Source: Parasitella parasitica NRRL 2501
Taxonomy: Eukaryota > Fungi > Mucoromycota
Direction: 5' to 3'
DNA length: 64,000 nt
Assembly (NCBI GenBank): GCA_025201805.1
Contig: MU619240.1
Span: forward strand, 419,750-483,749
Part shown: positions 13,014-25,300 of the stretch, piece after piece
Layout: every line of letters begins with the position of its first letter
Position numbering within the stretch: the first letter of the stretch is position 1
Made by a program: the position numbers and the translations under genes
The notes under the pieces: model-generated
Databases searched by the model: none
What the model was told of the DNA's origin: nothing
Seen by the model: only the letters and a program-made list of their open reading frames with translations

Positions 13014-16000
13014 TTATTTACATAATACATTTGAACATCTTGGACAAAGGTTACCATCTTGAGTGGAGTGATAATTCCAACAGCGGGGACATTTGCTGTG
13101 CTTCGATTTATAAAGAACAATTTTGCAGTTGTCGCCTATAAATTATGTAAGTAATTTTGCTTGCAAATAAAGCATCCAAAGTTACCTTCAATTACAGAAT
13201 CTCTTCCAGATTCACCCTGAATAAAATCTGACTTTTCATCTTCTATATTCACCTGACTGGTCATAAACAAAGACGATAGTTCTGAGGCTAAGTGACATAG
13301 CTATGAGTGGTGGTTATCATTGGAAGTAACTATTGATATACTCACAATCCATTGATCTTATTAGTTTGGCGAGTCTTGAATCACTGCTCAAGAATAATGA
13401 AATATCTGCCTCTTGTGAAGATCGAATATGTCTATCAGAAAATGAATGAGTTGGAGAAAGTGTAATTTATATCAGGCTACGCACTTTTCTTGACGAGCAG
13501 CTTCTAGTACTTGATTTACTTCTCCTTTGAGAAGTAAAAGTGTCGACCATTTAGTGTTCAGGCCAGTGTCATACCATTGTTCGTTCTAATGTTGCTTTTT
13601 GGATTAACACCTAATCAAGATAAAAATGCTATTATACGTACAGATTTAACCCACCCTATCTTGAAAACTGATGATTCTGGGCTGGGTGTGATATCCTTAT
13701 AGTTTTCATAGATTTCTTCTGCTGTATGACACACAAATGGCGCAAAGGATGTAGTGTATGACTTCAAGACTTCAAACAATACTGTTTGCGCCATTCTGCG
13801 AGATTCTGAGGTTTCAGACTCATTGTACAATCTGTCTTTAATTGTGTCAAAATAGAACGCTGACAGCGTGTTGTTGGTGAAGTGCTGGATATTTTGAACA
13901 ACTAGCTTGCTATTAATAACAAGATACTAAATATGTGCATAAGATCTCACCTCTGTTGAAAGCAAAATCATTATATGCACTTGTCACACGATCATTGTAA
14001 TTATATAATTGATAAAGCATGTATTTATCCACCTGCTTTGATTAATAACAAAGCCTTTAAATGTTTAGATCACCTACCTCTTGTAGTCTCTCATAGTCAA
14101 CATAGTGTTCTTCCTTGAAATCATGGAGATTACCAAGCAAAAATCTGGCAGTAGTGCGTATTTTACGCAAGCCGTCAGATATTTGCGCTATATTGCAATG
14201 AGAAATTTGAATTATAATAAATAGTCCTTATACTTACAGATAATAGAAGGCCCAATGCTTACATCTCGTGTATATTCGCAATTAGCCACCCAATAACGAA
14301 GCACATCACTACCGTAGGCAGGATTCTTCTTCTTATCTTTACCGCCCTCTGTGATGAGAATAGGCTCAAGCGTATTACCAATGCTTTTAGACATTTTTTG
14401 TCCTTTTTCATCTAATGCAAATCCATGGGTAACAAGAGTTCCGTAAGGTGCTTTCCCAGTGACAGCAATTGATGTCAACAGAGATGACTGAAACCATCCA
14501 CGATGTTGATCACTGCCTTCGAGATAAACGTCAGCTAAAGGCTTATTTGGGTCTCTACCTGGCATATTTTGAAGCATAGTCCACGAGGTACCACTATCAA
14601 ACCAAACATCCATAGTATCATATCCTCGTTTATACACCTTTCCATTATCTCTATATTTAGGGGCAACAAAGACGCTATCATCTTGTTCCTCCCACCAGGC
14701 ATCGGTGCCCTTTTCTTGAAGAACTTGAATGATATATTCAACAGAATTTTCAGTCAATAGAGCCTCTCCGTCTTGATCATACAAGGCGGGAATTGGAACA
14801 CCCCAAGACCTTTGGCGAGAGATACACCACTCTTTACGAGACAGGGTAAATTGCTCAAGACGACGAATAGCTATTAGATAGAATGATAATGTAAACTAAG
14901 ATAATTATCTTGTAAGGAAAAAAAAAAAGAAACTTACAGACTTCAGGAATCATGCGGATTTTCTTTAGGTTTTCTACAGCTTGTTGTTGCAGATGTTCAA
15001 CGTTGGCAAACCATTGAGCAGTAGCACTGGATTTTGCTAGAATGATGAGTGGTTCCCCGTCAGATAGCGTTTCATTAACTTACCGTAGCATTACAGGCTG
15101 CTTTGTACGCCAATCATATGGATATTTATGTATGTAATCTTGAGCAATGACTAAAGCTGATTCTCTTTCCAGAAGTTTAATAATGGCTGCATTTCCATCT
15201 GTAAAAGCCATCTTGCCTTCAAGATCAGAACCTGCTTCCTTTGTAAAACAACCACTATCGTCAACTATACGAAAAGTTGGCATCGTAAGCCATCAATCTC
15301 TTTATGAAACCTTACCTGGACTTAGCATTTCAATTTTATGTTGGAGGCAGACTTCATAATCCTCCATACCATGACCAGGAGCAGTGTGAACCAACCCTGT
15401 ACCTGATTCAGCCATAACGTGATCACCACCAATGATTGGCATGGTACCATGGTTCAAGGGATGACGGTATGTTGACCCTAATAGCTCTTGACCAGAAACT
15501 TGATCAAGGATATTAAAATGCTCCGCGTCGATCTCTTGCTTAAATGCTTCTACGCGGTCCGTACCTACGATATAGGTTCCTTTTTCATCTCCCTCAGGAA
15601 TCTCAACCAAAGAGTAATTCAATGCAGGATTTACAGAGATGGCTTTATTGGAAGGAATAGTCCAAGGCGTTGTTGTCCAGATTAATGCATATAAATTCTG
15701 GTTTTTAGTATATGATTCCCATTTTTTCTTCAGGGCGGGCCCCAATCCTTCCAAAGAAAAGCGAACGTGTATCGATTTAGACACATGGTCCTCTTTATAC
15801 TCTAGTTCTGATTCTGCTAATGCAGATTTCGATGAAGGAGACCAATACACAGGCTTCAGTTGTCTGTAAATATGCCCATGTTTTATCATATCTGTCAATA
15901 CTCGTAATTGACGGATCTCGTAATCATTTGTCAGTGTCAAATATGAATTATCCCAATCACCCATCACTCCCCAGCTCTTGAAGCTACGACGCTGTTTGTC

Positions 16001-16737
16001 TACTTCAAGAAGGGCTTTTTCTCGAGCTATTTTTCGAATATCGGTTGGTGATAAGGTTGCCTCCTTTCCTTTTCTCTAATTTTAAACGATCAATGCATTG
16101 ACCCGAATTTAACATTATCAAGGACCTACGCGGATTTGTTCCAAAGCCTTAAGCTCAATTGGAAGACCATGGCAATCCCATCCCGGTCGATAACTAACGT
16201 ATCCAGCGAAGCCATTAAAATAAATGCCATACTATAAATGATATCCAACTTACTAAACTTTATGTCCCTGAAGAATTTTGTAACGATTAACAATGTCCTT
16301 AAGGATTTTATTCATAGCATGGCCTAGTATGTTTTTTTGTTAGAATCTGAAATCAAGTAATTCCCAGAACACTATTATACCAGAGTGAACATTTCCATTT
16401 GCATAGGGTGGACCATCATGAAGAACAAAGAAGTCTTTGGGGTTGTTCTCCAACTAATAAACCAAATTAGCATAAAAAGAAGGGGCGTAAAGAAACAATT
16501 AATTACCTGCCAAGGATACAATTCCGTTGTACATCGATCTCTGAATAAATGCTCTCTTTTGGCAGCGTCTGCTCTCAGGGGAAATTTTGTCTTGGGCAAC
16601 AGGATTGTATTTGTATATGGATTGTCTGATGCTTTGGCTAGAACGCTGGTAGAATTCCAAAAGTTGCGACTTTTTACCTTGCTGAAACCGCTTGATGGGA
16701 AAAAGCGCATTGTGCGTAAGTGCAGAATTGTTGCCAT
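13014..16737 (-). CDS. ISM1: Mitochondrial isoleucyl-tRNA synthetase
   Basis: N-terminal transit-like peptide, [83 protein letters not shown]-terminal CPRCW zinc finger; many introns. Confidence 0.95.
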
Positions 16738-16819
16738 GACGGAAAAAATGAAACTGAATTGAAATGACAGGGACTCGAGGTTTTGAAAGTACTAGTTATG
16801 CCTTAGCCAGCAGCAGCAG

Positions 16820-17607
16820 CAGCCAACCGAATTCAAATACCGATCTGTCTTTTTCTTGTGTTTTGAAAACAAGACATGGTTTTTGAAAAGCTTTTCGCGC
16901 TTTTTTGCAAATATGTCTACAGTTTGTTAACAAAGTATGTAAAGCTTAATAAGAGACTTTTGTAGAGTAATTGATTATGCATCTGATGATACAACTTTCA
17001 AGCAAATTTGTCACTAAATTCCTAGAATAATTTTTACTTGAATAAAAAACTGTTTTTGACCAAAAGTCTTCATTTTCGATAATGAAATGTTCAGAATAAA
17101 CAAGTTCATATGAATTTTGAACCATTTGCGATCATCTATTGTTAGTATGTATCATAGTAAAAAATCTCAATCCTGTGGCTAAATCCGGAAAATAGTAAAT
17201 CCGGAACTTTTGCCCTTGTGGACCTTCATGAAAAATGGTTGAAAATTAGGCAATTTACGATTGACCATTTTTTCTTTGCAATTGCATCAGGTAGTAACTA
17301 ATAGTCTTAGGAATTGATTTGATGCTATTTTGAGGATCTTTAGTCGACCAAAAGGTTGTGATTTATGCCATCAAAGCTCCAAAGAATAAGCTCAATTTTT
17401 GAGATTAAAGAGTTCTTTTAAATGTATTTTAGTTATCCAAAGTACTCGAATTAATTTATTATATGCTTCATGAAGTCTAGTTCATGATGGGATTTTCAGT
17501 ATCGCAATAAAACAAGTTTTAGATGTAGACAAATTCAATTTTCATTAAGAATTTGGGTTGGTAGCTTTGAAGTTTTGAATATCAATCGAGCTGTGGAAGT
17601 GTTGAAG
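16820..17607 (+). repeat. Left arm of 788-bp inverted repeat
   Basis: Reverse complement of 20938-21725; only mismatch found is 16849 vs 21696. Confidence 0.97.
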
Positions 17608-18086
17608 CGATGGTGAAGACTTCTAAACCAAGTACTTTAGTATGATATATTATTCACTTTTCTTTATGTACACTGTACAAAAGAAAGCCAAACGTATTGT
17701 TGATTTTATCGATGAAATATCACTACCGCTCTGCATTGGCGAAGCTGAAGGCTTGACCAAATTCATGAAACCACCTTGATTTAAGTGGATATAATGAGCC
17801 ATATGTATTTTGAACATTTCGAATGCCATATTTTTTGACATAGAATGCTGAAAACGATATCAATTTTACAGCTTTATTAAGTTTGTTTCTGTTAAACAAA
17901 AAAGAGTTGGGGTAAAGATAAAAAAGATGAATCATATAGTATTATAATTAAGATTAAAAAGTGTATCAATTAGAGCAGAAACAACCAGTGTTCGTATTAG
18001 TTGTGGGTAGGTGGGTGGGTTAATGTAATGGGAATAATGCAAACATATTTAAAAAAATTGTTTAGCTCGTCTTCAGAGCTAGTGCC

Positions 18087-19713
18087 TTATTTTCCATGGA
18101 TAGAGTAAACAAAGAACAATACCCATGCAGTGATAAGAGCAGAGACAAAGAAACCAACAATAGGGTAGCTGAACTTCTTGGTAGGCGTCTCAGAGTAAGG
18201 ATCCTTGCCTTTTGATGTTAATTGGAGCTCCTTGTCATTGATTTCTTGCATGCGGATAACACGCTTTGAGCGTCTCATTTCCAAAAGATTACCGTAAAAA
18301 TAAAATTGATTCCACCAAAGAGCACAAATCAAAACGAATCCAAAACCAGCCAAAATAATGAATACCAACATGACATTGACATAAGATTGACCAGCAGTTT
18401 TATCTTGCACAACGCCAACAGCGACATCAAGAATGGCAGTACCAATATTATTGGAGCTCTTATAGATACCTAAACCAGTACCAATGTACTCTGATGGTAA
18501 GAGCATCCCGATCGAAGTAATCATAGAAATAGGACCGAAGGCAAGAGAAATAGAGTAAAACACCATACCAACAACAGCATCAACGTAAGTCCAGCCCAAT
18601 AAGCCCGAACTGAGAATCAAGAAGATGGAAGAGATGAGCAAGATGACTACACGTAGACCATAGAAATCCATGATAAAGCCTAAAACTGGCGTAGCAACGA
18701 TGGGAACAGCTTGAGATGCACTAGCTTTATAACCAGCTAAGCGATCTTCGGTACCAAAATGCTTGGATATCAAATCTGTGGCAATGGTTTGGAAAGACGA
18801 CCAGACAGCAGCATAGATGAATTCAATCAGGATAATGTGCCAAAATATAAGGGGGAACTTGAAGATGGATCTCCACTTGAAGGTTTTTTTCTTTTTCAAC
18901 GCTTCCTTTTCCTTTTCGGTCATGACAACTTGGCCCTTGAGGTGTCTGACCACCAGAGCGTAGATCAGATTCATGGCAATAGAGAAACAGCAAAGAATAA
19001 AAGATAACCAGAAAGCCCAGACCCAATCACCAGTGGCAACAGATATAGAGTTAGCTACCAATGTGCCTAAAAAGGTAGATAAACGACTAATTGACAGTTG
19101 AAGACCAATGGCAATAGATAAATGTCTTGTACGGAACCACTTTGAAAGCAAGGATTCTTGCATAGTCACAATTAAACCACTACCGATACCGAATACAACG
19201 CGAGCAACTACCATAAGAGCATATGATTCGTATTTAGCAGCAATGGCAGTTAAAAGAGACCCGAGAATGATCATGAAATTAATAGCAAGAGTACCCCAGA
19301 CGGAACCAAATATATCGATAAAGATACCGCCAGCGATAGGAAAGATTGTATTGATGATAGACACCGAAGCAGATATGACACCGTATTGAGTATTTGAAAT
19401 AGCAAGATTAGTGGTAATCTGCTTCTTCATGGCAGAAAGAGCACTGGCAGAGAAATGAGAGCCAACTACAAACTATATGAGTAATTTGTTTTTTTGACAT
19501 GTACATGTTTAACATACATGGAAACAGTAAGGCAGTGACCAAGGCAATGATCTTATATTTCCAAGGAGCATTGGCAAGTGCAGTGTCACCACCATGCGTA
19601 ATGACTTCTTCGCTTTTATCATCTTCTTTAAAGCTTCTATCATCTTGGATATATTTTTCAGAGGCTAAAGCATTAGACACGACCTGTTCCTTTTCGCTTG
19701 GCTTATGATCCAT
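18087..19713 (-). CDS. Major facilitator superfamily transporter, MFSD1-like
   Basis: About 12 hydrophobic segments, motif A-like GGIFIDIFGS, ARVVFGIGSG...QESLLSKWF; ATG 19713, one intron at about 19467-19518, intact frame. Confidence 0.9.
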
Positions 19714-19811
19714 TTTAAAAAAAAATGAGGAAAAAGAATAATTCAAAAAGAAAGAAAATATGTGTTATTTATACATAAAAGCTCAGAAATCTTGGTTTGG
19801 CAGCAAGAATA

Positions 19812-20275
19812 ATCTGATCCTATAATGCATGTTCTTGATGTGGAAGGGTAACGCCAAAAATATTATCTGATTCCAAATTGCGTTCAGATGTACGACCTTA
19901 TATTCCTTTTCTCCGTTATTTATAGTTGTATTCCAGCTTCTTGATCAAGAGGATGAAAAAAAAAACATCAAGATAAACAAGAGTTTGATGCTTGAGTATC
20001 CACAGCGAATCTACATTCTTACTATATTGCAAGTTTTAAAGCCATTGTATTTAAATCAGATAAGCAGAACTGCAAAATAGATATCAGATTGTAAACAATC
20101 ATTTTATTTGTTCTTATTCTAAATCGTACTCAACTTTGTAGTAAACCCAGGTATATCAGATTGTACCCCGTCTATTTTGAGTTGAAACTATAACCATCTT
20201 GTACGGTAGTACAACGAAACAGACAAAAATTTCTCGCTGATTGAGTAAGGAAATTACTAAACATCAATCTGATAA
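19812..20275. promoter_or_regulatory. Cluster of GATA-factor (SreA/Urbs1/Fep1-type) ATCWGAT(AA) sites upstream of the MFS gene
   Basis: Exact ATCWGATAA at 19863-19871 (minus), 20055-20063 and 20267-20275; ATCWGAT also at 19812, 20083 and 20155, the last two within a 13-bp direct repeat ATATCAGATTGTA. Confidence 0.65.
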
Positions 20276-20937
20276 ATAATTCCTAATTGGATACACGATG
20301 AATATGAATATGATAATTCCGGTAATATTTTGACGTTTAGGAAAATAACATAGGCTAGAAAAAATACATTAATTATAAGTATATGGTAGGATGATTTTGA
20401 TTAATGTAAATAAAGATCTTCCTAGCCATTGCAATTGAAATAAGTTTGTCTTATATATTTTACTTCGTGTTTGTGCAGGTTTAAATTTTACTTTTTTGTA
20501 TTATTTTACAATTATTATAACTAATAGATGGAATCCTCAGAAGCTATCTGTGTCATGTAACCATTCATATTCAAAGAACGAATTTGATTCTTGTGTTCTA
20601 AACATAAGAAGTTAAAATGTAAGCGGAAACAATATACAAATCAACACTCAATGAGACTACAATGTATAAGCGATTGCAATATATGCATTGTAAAGCGGTA
20701 TCAAGCTTAAATCAGTATTTTTTGGCTCTCAAAAATGCAGTAGTGTCTTTGAGATGAATTGATGAGGTGCGGGTAGTACTTGAGCATGGAGAATGGTATA
20801 CACAAATGTTAGCTTTGAAAAACGGAATATAAACGAACATTTACAAGTTAAAGGTAATGCATTCTAGGGAAACAATTATCACTATAAAGATAAATAACTT
20901 ATAGTGTTTGTAAGCATGTAAGAAAATACCATCATCA

Positions 20938-21725
20938 CTTCAACACTTCCACAGCTCGATTGATATTCAAAACTTCAAAGCTACCAACCCAAATTCTTAA
21001 TGAAAATTGAATTTGTCTACATCTAAAACTTGTTTTATTGCGATACTGAAAATCCCATCATGAACTAGACTTCATGAAGCATATAATAAATTAATTCGAG
21101 TACTTTGGATAACTAAAATACATTTAAAAGAACTCTTTAATCTCAAAAATTGAGCTTATTCTTTGGAGCTTTGATGGCATAAATCACAACCTTTTGGTCG
21201 ACTAAAGATCCTCAAAATAGCATCAAATCAATTCCTAAGACTATTAGTTACTACCTGATGCAATTGCAAAGAAAAAATGGTCAATCGTAAATTGCCTAAT
21301 TTTCAACCATTTTTCATGAAGGTCCACAAGGGCAAAAGTTCCGGATTTACTATTTTCCGGATTTAGCCACAGGATTGAGATTTTTTACTATGATACATAC
21401 TAACAATAGATGATCGCAAATGGTTCAAAATTCATATGAACTTGTTTATTCTGAACATTTCATTATCGAAAATGAAGACTTTTGGTCAAAAACAGTTTTT
21501 TATTCAAGTAAAAATTATTCTAGGAATTTAGTGACAAATTTGCTTGAAAGTTGTATCATCAGATGCATAATCAATTACTCTACAAAAGTCTCTTATTAAG
21601 CTTTACATACTTTGTTAACAAACTGTAGACATATTTGCAAAAAAGCGCGAAAAGCTTTTCAAAAACCATGTCTTGTTTTCAAAACACAAGAAAAAAACAG
21701 ATCGGTATTTGAATTCGGTTGGCTG
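20938..21725 (-). repeat. Right arm of 788-bp inverted repeat
   Basis: Reverse complement of 16820-17607. Confidence 0.97.
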
Positions 21726-22352
21726 GTTGTGGTAGTAATTTGAGGACGTATAAAATAGACTGTGTTTTTCTAAATAAAAGAACCAACTTTATTGTTTGTT
21801 AATTAAAATAGCTTAATACTAAGATTGCAATAATTCATACCAAATAGTTGTTGGTGAAGTTGTTAAAATATAATATAAAATTGAGAGAAGAATGTGTGTA
21901 GAGTGGGGAGGTGTTTTTAAATGTATTTATATAGTAAATCATGATCTCGATTATGAGCTTCGTATTTTTAGAGGATTTGCGCTTCCTCAAAACAGTAGTA
22001 GTCTGGGCAACTTTGTCAATATGTTTAGAACTTAATCCCTAATAAAATCGTTTAAATAAAATGAATATATTCCTTAAGGCAATATTATAACTAAATTCTT
22101 CCTTACAAGTCATTTTTTTAAATATAAATAAACATAATTCTGGTGATAATTGCATGCAAACAAGTCAGACATACAGAATAAGAATCACTTTAATGTACGT
22201 TTTGATAGGTTACAAATGACAAACCCAAATTAAATTGACGAGATAAAGACTGCCAAACACAGGTTGGTGTCGAAATCGCGTCCCCCTTCAGTCCTTGAAA
22301 AAAAAAAAAAAAAAAAACCCTTTTGACTTCCACATTTTTTAAAGAAAAGGGA

Positions 22353-25300
22353 ATGACAATTAGAAAGATTAGGAGCGATTCTGAAAGCGATGATGAGAAG
22401 GATGTTCCATCTGCCAAACACATCAAACTTTCCAACGACGATGTTCATATGAATGAAGAAGAGGAACAACGGGTCGAGGCATCTTCTTCCGAGCCTGTTC
22501 CAGAAATGCGCAATTTGGAGCTGAAGCCTTTGGCAGTTGATACTGATGGGTAATGATCTTTTTTAGGGTCCAAAAAATTATTTGTCTAATATCTAATTTT
22601 GTACAGATTTGTTGAGGGTTCCATAGTTAAAATCACCTTAACAAATTTTGTTACATATAATTACTGTGAGATATCCCCAGGACCTCATATGAATATGATT
22701 ATCGGTCCTAACGGTACCGGTAAATCAACCATTGTCTGTGCCATTGCTTTAGGATTAGGTGGTACTCCTGCTTTACTAGGAAGAGCTAAGGATATTAACG
22801 AGTTTGTCAAGACTGGTGAAGATGAAGCAACCATTATAATTGAGCTTAAGAAGGTGGGGACTCGCAATGTCATCGTTCAACGTTCTTTCAGAAAGTCCAA
22901 CAAAACCAATAGCTGGAGAATCAATGGTCTGTATAGAGATAAATCGGCTTCGAAAATACATCTTGTCTCATAAAAAACTTTAGGTAAAAATTGTCCTTAT
23001 AAAGACGTTCAGAGTGTTATAAATGGCTTCAACATTCAGGTTGATAACTTATGGTAAAATGACACAAGGATTTATGATGACATGTAATATTAATATACAA
23101 TTTTATTCTAGTCAATTTTTACCTCAAGATCGAGTAGCTGAATTTGCAGAAGTAAAGTGTTACAAATACAACTTGAAATACAAACTTTCTTATAAGCTTC
23201 GTTAGTTGACCCCTCCTTTGCTATTGCAAAGAACACAAGCTGCAGCTGGTAAAGCTGAATTACATGAAATGCAGCAAAAATTAGTCCAAATCCGTGAAAA
23301 CGAAAAGAGCTTAATGAAAACTCATGAATCAGATCTTTTACACTTGCAAACTTTGAAAAACAAAAATCAGGAACTGGAAAGAGATGTTTTCAGAATGCAA
23401 CAAAGAGAGAAAATTATCAACAATATCAAGCTTTTAAAGGCCCAAATTCCGCTTGTTAATTACACAGAATCAAAGGCTAGATATGATCGCGCTGAAATTG
23501 ATTATCAAAGTGAAAAAGACAAGTACCAAAAAGCTAAAGATGAAGTTGCTCCTATCAAAGCTTTAATTGAGTAAGGTCCCTCAATAACCAATTCGTTAAT
23601 ATGAAGCATTAATTTTTTACCCTAATAAGCCGAGTTGCAGGTGAAAATCAAAGAGCGAAAAGAAATTTGGATCAAGCAGAAACGAGTTACAAAGCAACTA
23701 TAGCAGATGTCAGAAAAGCTATTGAGAAAATCAAGACAATGGTAAACAAAGCAAAGATTGTAGATGTACAGCATACTTAATTGATTTGTAGAGAGTCGAA
23801 ATAAATACCCATAAACGCACAATTAACGACAAGAAAAGGAAATTACCTGAGAGAGAAGCAGAAATCGAAAAAGCTGTAAGAAGGATCCAGCAAATCGAAG
23901 AACAAGTGGCTACTCCACCTAGTTCTGACACTTCTCAGTTCGAAAGTGCCATTGTAAGTTTTCTTATTGAGTAATGGCTGAGTACTAAGCACTAATCGTT
24001 TTCAATGTATAGAATGAAATCAACCAAGAAATAAACAACTTGCAGGCAGAGAAAGTTGAAATTAAGGACAAGTGTGATGAAGAGGACAGAAAAAAATATC
24101 AAATAAATGAACGTTTGAAATCAGGACATGCACAGTAAGTCAAGGTCCCATTATACTATAATTAGTAGTTAAAAGCATTTCTTTTTCATAGAATGAAGCA
24201 GCTTGAAAATGTCAAAGAGCAACGTATGAGACTCTTGACGGGCCAGTACCCAGATGTTGCTCGAGCATACGAATGGTTAAAGGAGAATAGACATAGATTT
24301 TCAGGCCAAGTCTATGACCCTGTTGTTCTTCTACTCAATCTGAAGGATTCACGATATGCGGCACAGGTAGAACAGGCTTTGGGTGGCTTCAGAAGTTCAC
24401 ATCTTAGAGTAAGTATCTTTATTTCAAACATCAAAAATCAATCGTCTAATTACCATATTAGCAATTTATATGTGAAAAAAGAGAAGATTATCAATTGATG
24501 ACAAGAATTTGCATTGACCAGCACAAAATGAAAATCAATGTCTCATGGCCTGATCTTGACCCTGCTGTAGACTACAGAAGAAAGCCTGCGCCTACAGAAG
24601 AAATTAAAGCAAAACTTGGCATGGAGTATTATGTTGTTGATCTCCTTGATGGACCCAAATACGTCATTGATACATTGTGTCAAGATGCTAATATCAATTT
24701 GATCCCAGTTACTATCAATCCCATCAATGAACAGGCCGTCGTTTCTGCTAATCTATTCCAAAAATTTGTTGCTGGTGACACATTCTACAATACAAAAACA
24801 AGTATTTATGGCAGAAGATCTAAACAAACACAAACCAGCATTATCCAACCTGCTAGGTTTCTTGATAATACGATTGATACCGATGCCCAAGCCAACTTGA
24901 AGGAAGAAATGCGATCTCTTCAAGCGAGCATTCAACAAGCTGACATTATTCTTAAGGAGTTGGGCCGTGAACACGATAAGATTAAAGCGAAATTAGAAGA
25001 AAAAAAACACCTAAAAGAAGACCAGCAATCACAAAAGAGAGATGTACAAAAAAGATTTCAACAATATCAGCAAATACTGCGAAAATTGACTCAATATAAA
25101 GCAGAGCTGGTTGATATAAGAAAGCGACCCGAAGAACAGAAAGCAGAAATTGCTCGAATGGAAAAAGACGTTTGGCGAATGGCCGACGAAGAAGACATTC
25201 TATTGATGACTTATACAAAACTTTTAGAGAAGGCTATAGACGAGTTTGAACAACGCAATAAGGCTGCCATGCTTTACCATTTTATGGGGGTCAAGAGCAA

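Larger units (their letters stand above)
16820..21725. mobile_element. IR-bounded 4.9-kb cassette carrying an MFS gene (non-autonomous Pack/foldback-like element or invertible segment)
   Basis: Long near-perfect terminal IRs, a single cargo gene, no transposase, no TSD detected. Confidence 0.6.

Noticed and set aside
17650-17935. Small ORFs inside the cassette as a recombinase or transposase
   Set aside because: 63-70 aa, no catalytic motifs, AT-rich composition typical of spurious ORFs.
16820-21725. Mucorales sex locus or IR-type centromere
   Set aside because: No HMG-box sexP/sexM, tptA or rnhA genes; the interior contains an ordinary gene and no LINE array is adjacent.
16805-21740. Target-site duplication around the IR cassette (TA, 3, 5, 8 or 9 bp)
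   Set aside because: Left flank (GCCAGCAGCAGCAG) and right flank (GTTGTGGTAGTAA) share no direct repeat at any boundary tried, so no transposon superfamily is assigned.
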